Source of the DNA: Octopus sinensis
Taxonomy: Eukaryota
Reading direction: 5' to 3'
Assembly (NCBI RefSeq): GCF_006345805.1
Contig: NC_043000.1
Span: 12,338,001 to 12,402,000, forward strand
DNA: 64,000 nt
Shown here: positions 63,972-64,000 of the stretch, in pieces
How positions within the stretch are numbered: the first letter of the stretch is position 1
How the letters are laid out: every line of letters begins with the position of its first letter
Program-made: the position numbers and the translations under genes
The notes under the pieces: generated by a model
What the model was told of the DNA's origin: nothing
The model's input: the letters and a program-made list of their open reading frames with translations, nothing else
Database searches by the model: none

Positions 63972-64000
63972 GTAATATAACTAAAATTAACCTACTGTAC

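Overview
AT-rich, microsatellite- and SINE-rich animal genomic DNA; the repeat repertoire looks like a coleoid cephalopod, probably Octopus (inference). Positions 1-33.3 kb hold the 3' two-thirds of a + strand MTA-family gene (MTA1/2/3-like NuRD subunit). I reconstructed 11 core GT-AG exons by hand that splice in frame (end of ELM2, SANT, GATA-type Zn finger, an extra C2H2 finger, two RBBP4-binding-type repeats, C-terminal IVILD SUMO-interaction-like motif, TGA at 28707). There are also two frame-preserving candidate cassette exons and a ~4.6 kb repeat-poor 3'UTR. The 5' exons lie upstream of the window. Positions 35-64 kb are TE-dense: a deleted piggyBac with its MITEs, mariner and RTE/CR1 relics, Helitron/Helentron elements, many tRNA-derived SINEs, long fold-back elements, a 33-bp minisatellite and a local duplication. 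Hidden among these repeats, and invisible in the ORF track, is a chain of very small + strand exons (47018-55702, possible alternative end 58417-59212) that splices into an open reading frame of unknown identity. Nearly all other ORF-track entries are spurious.
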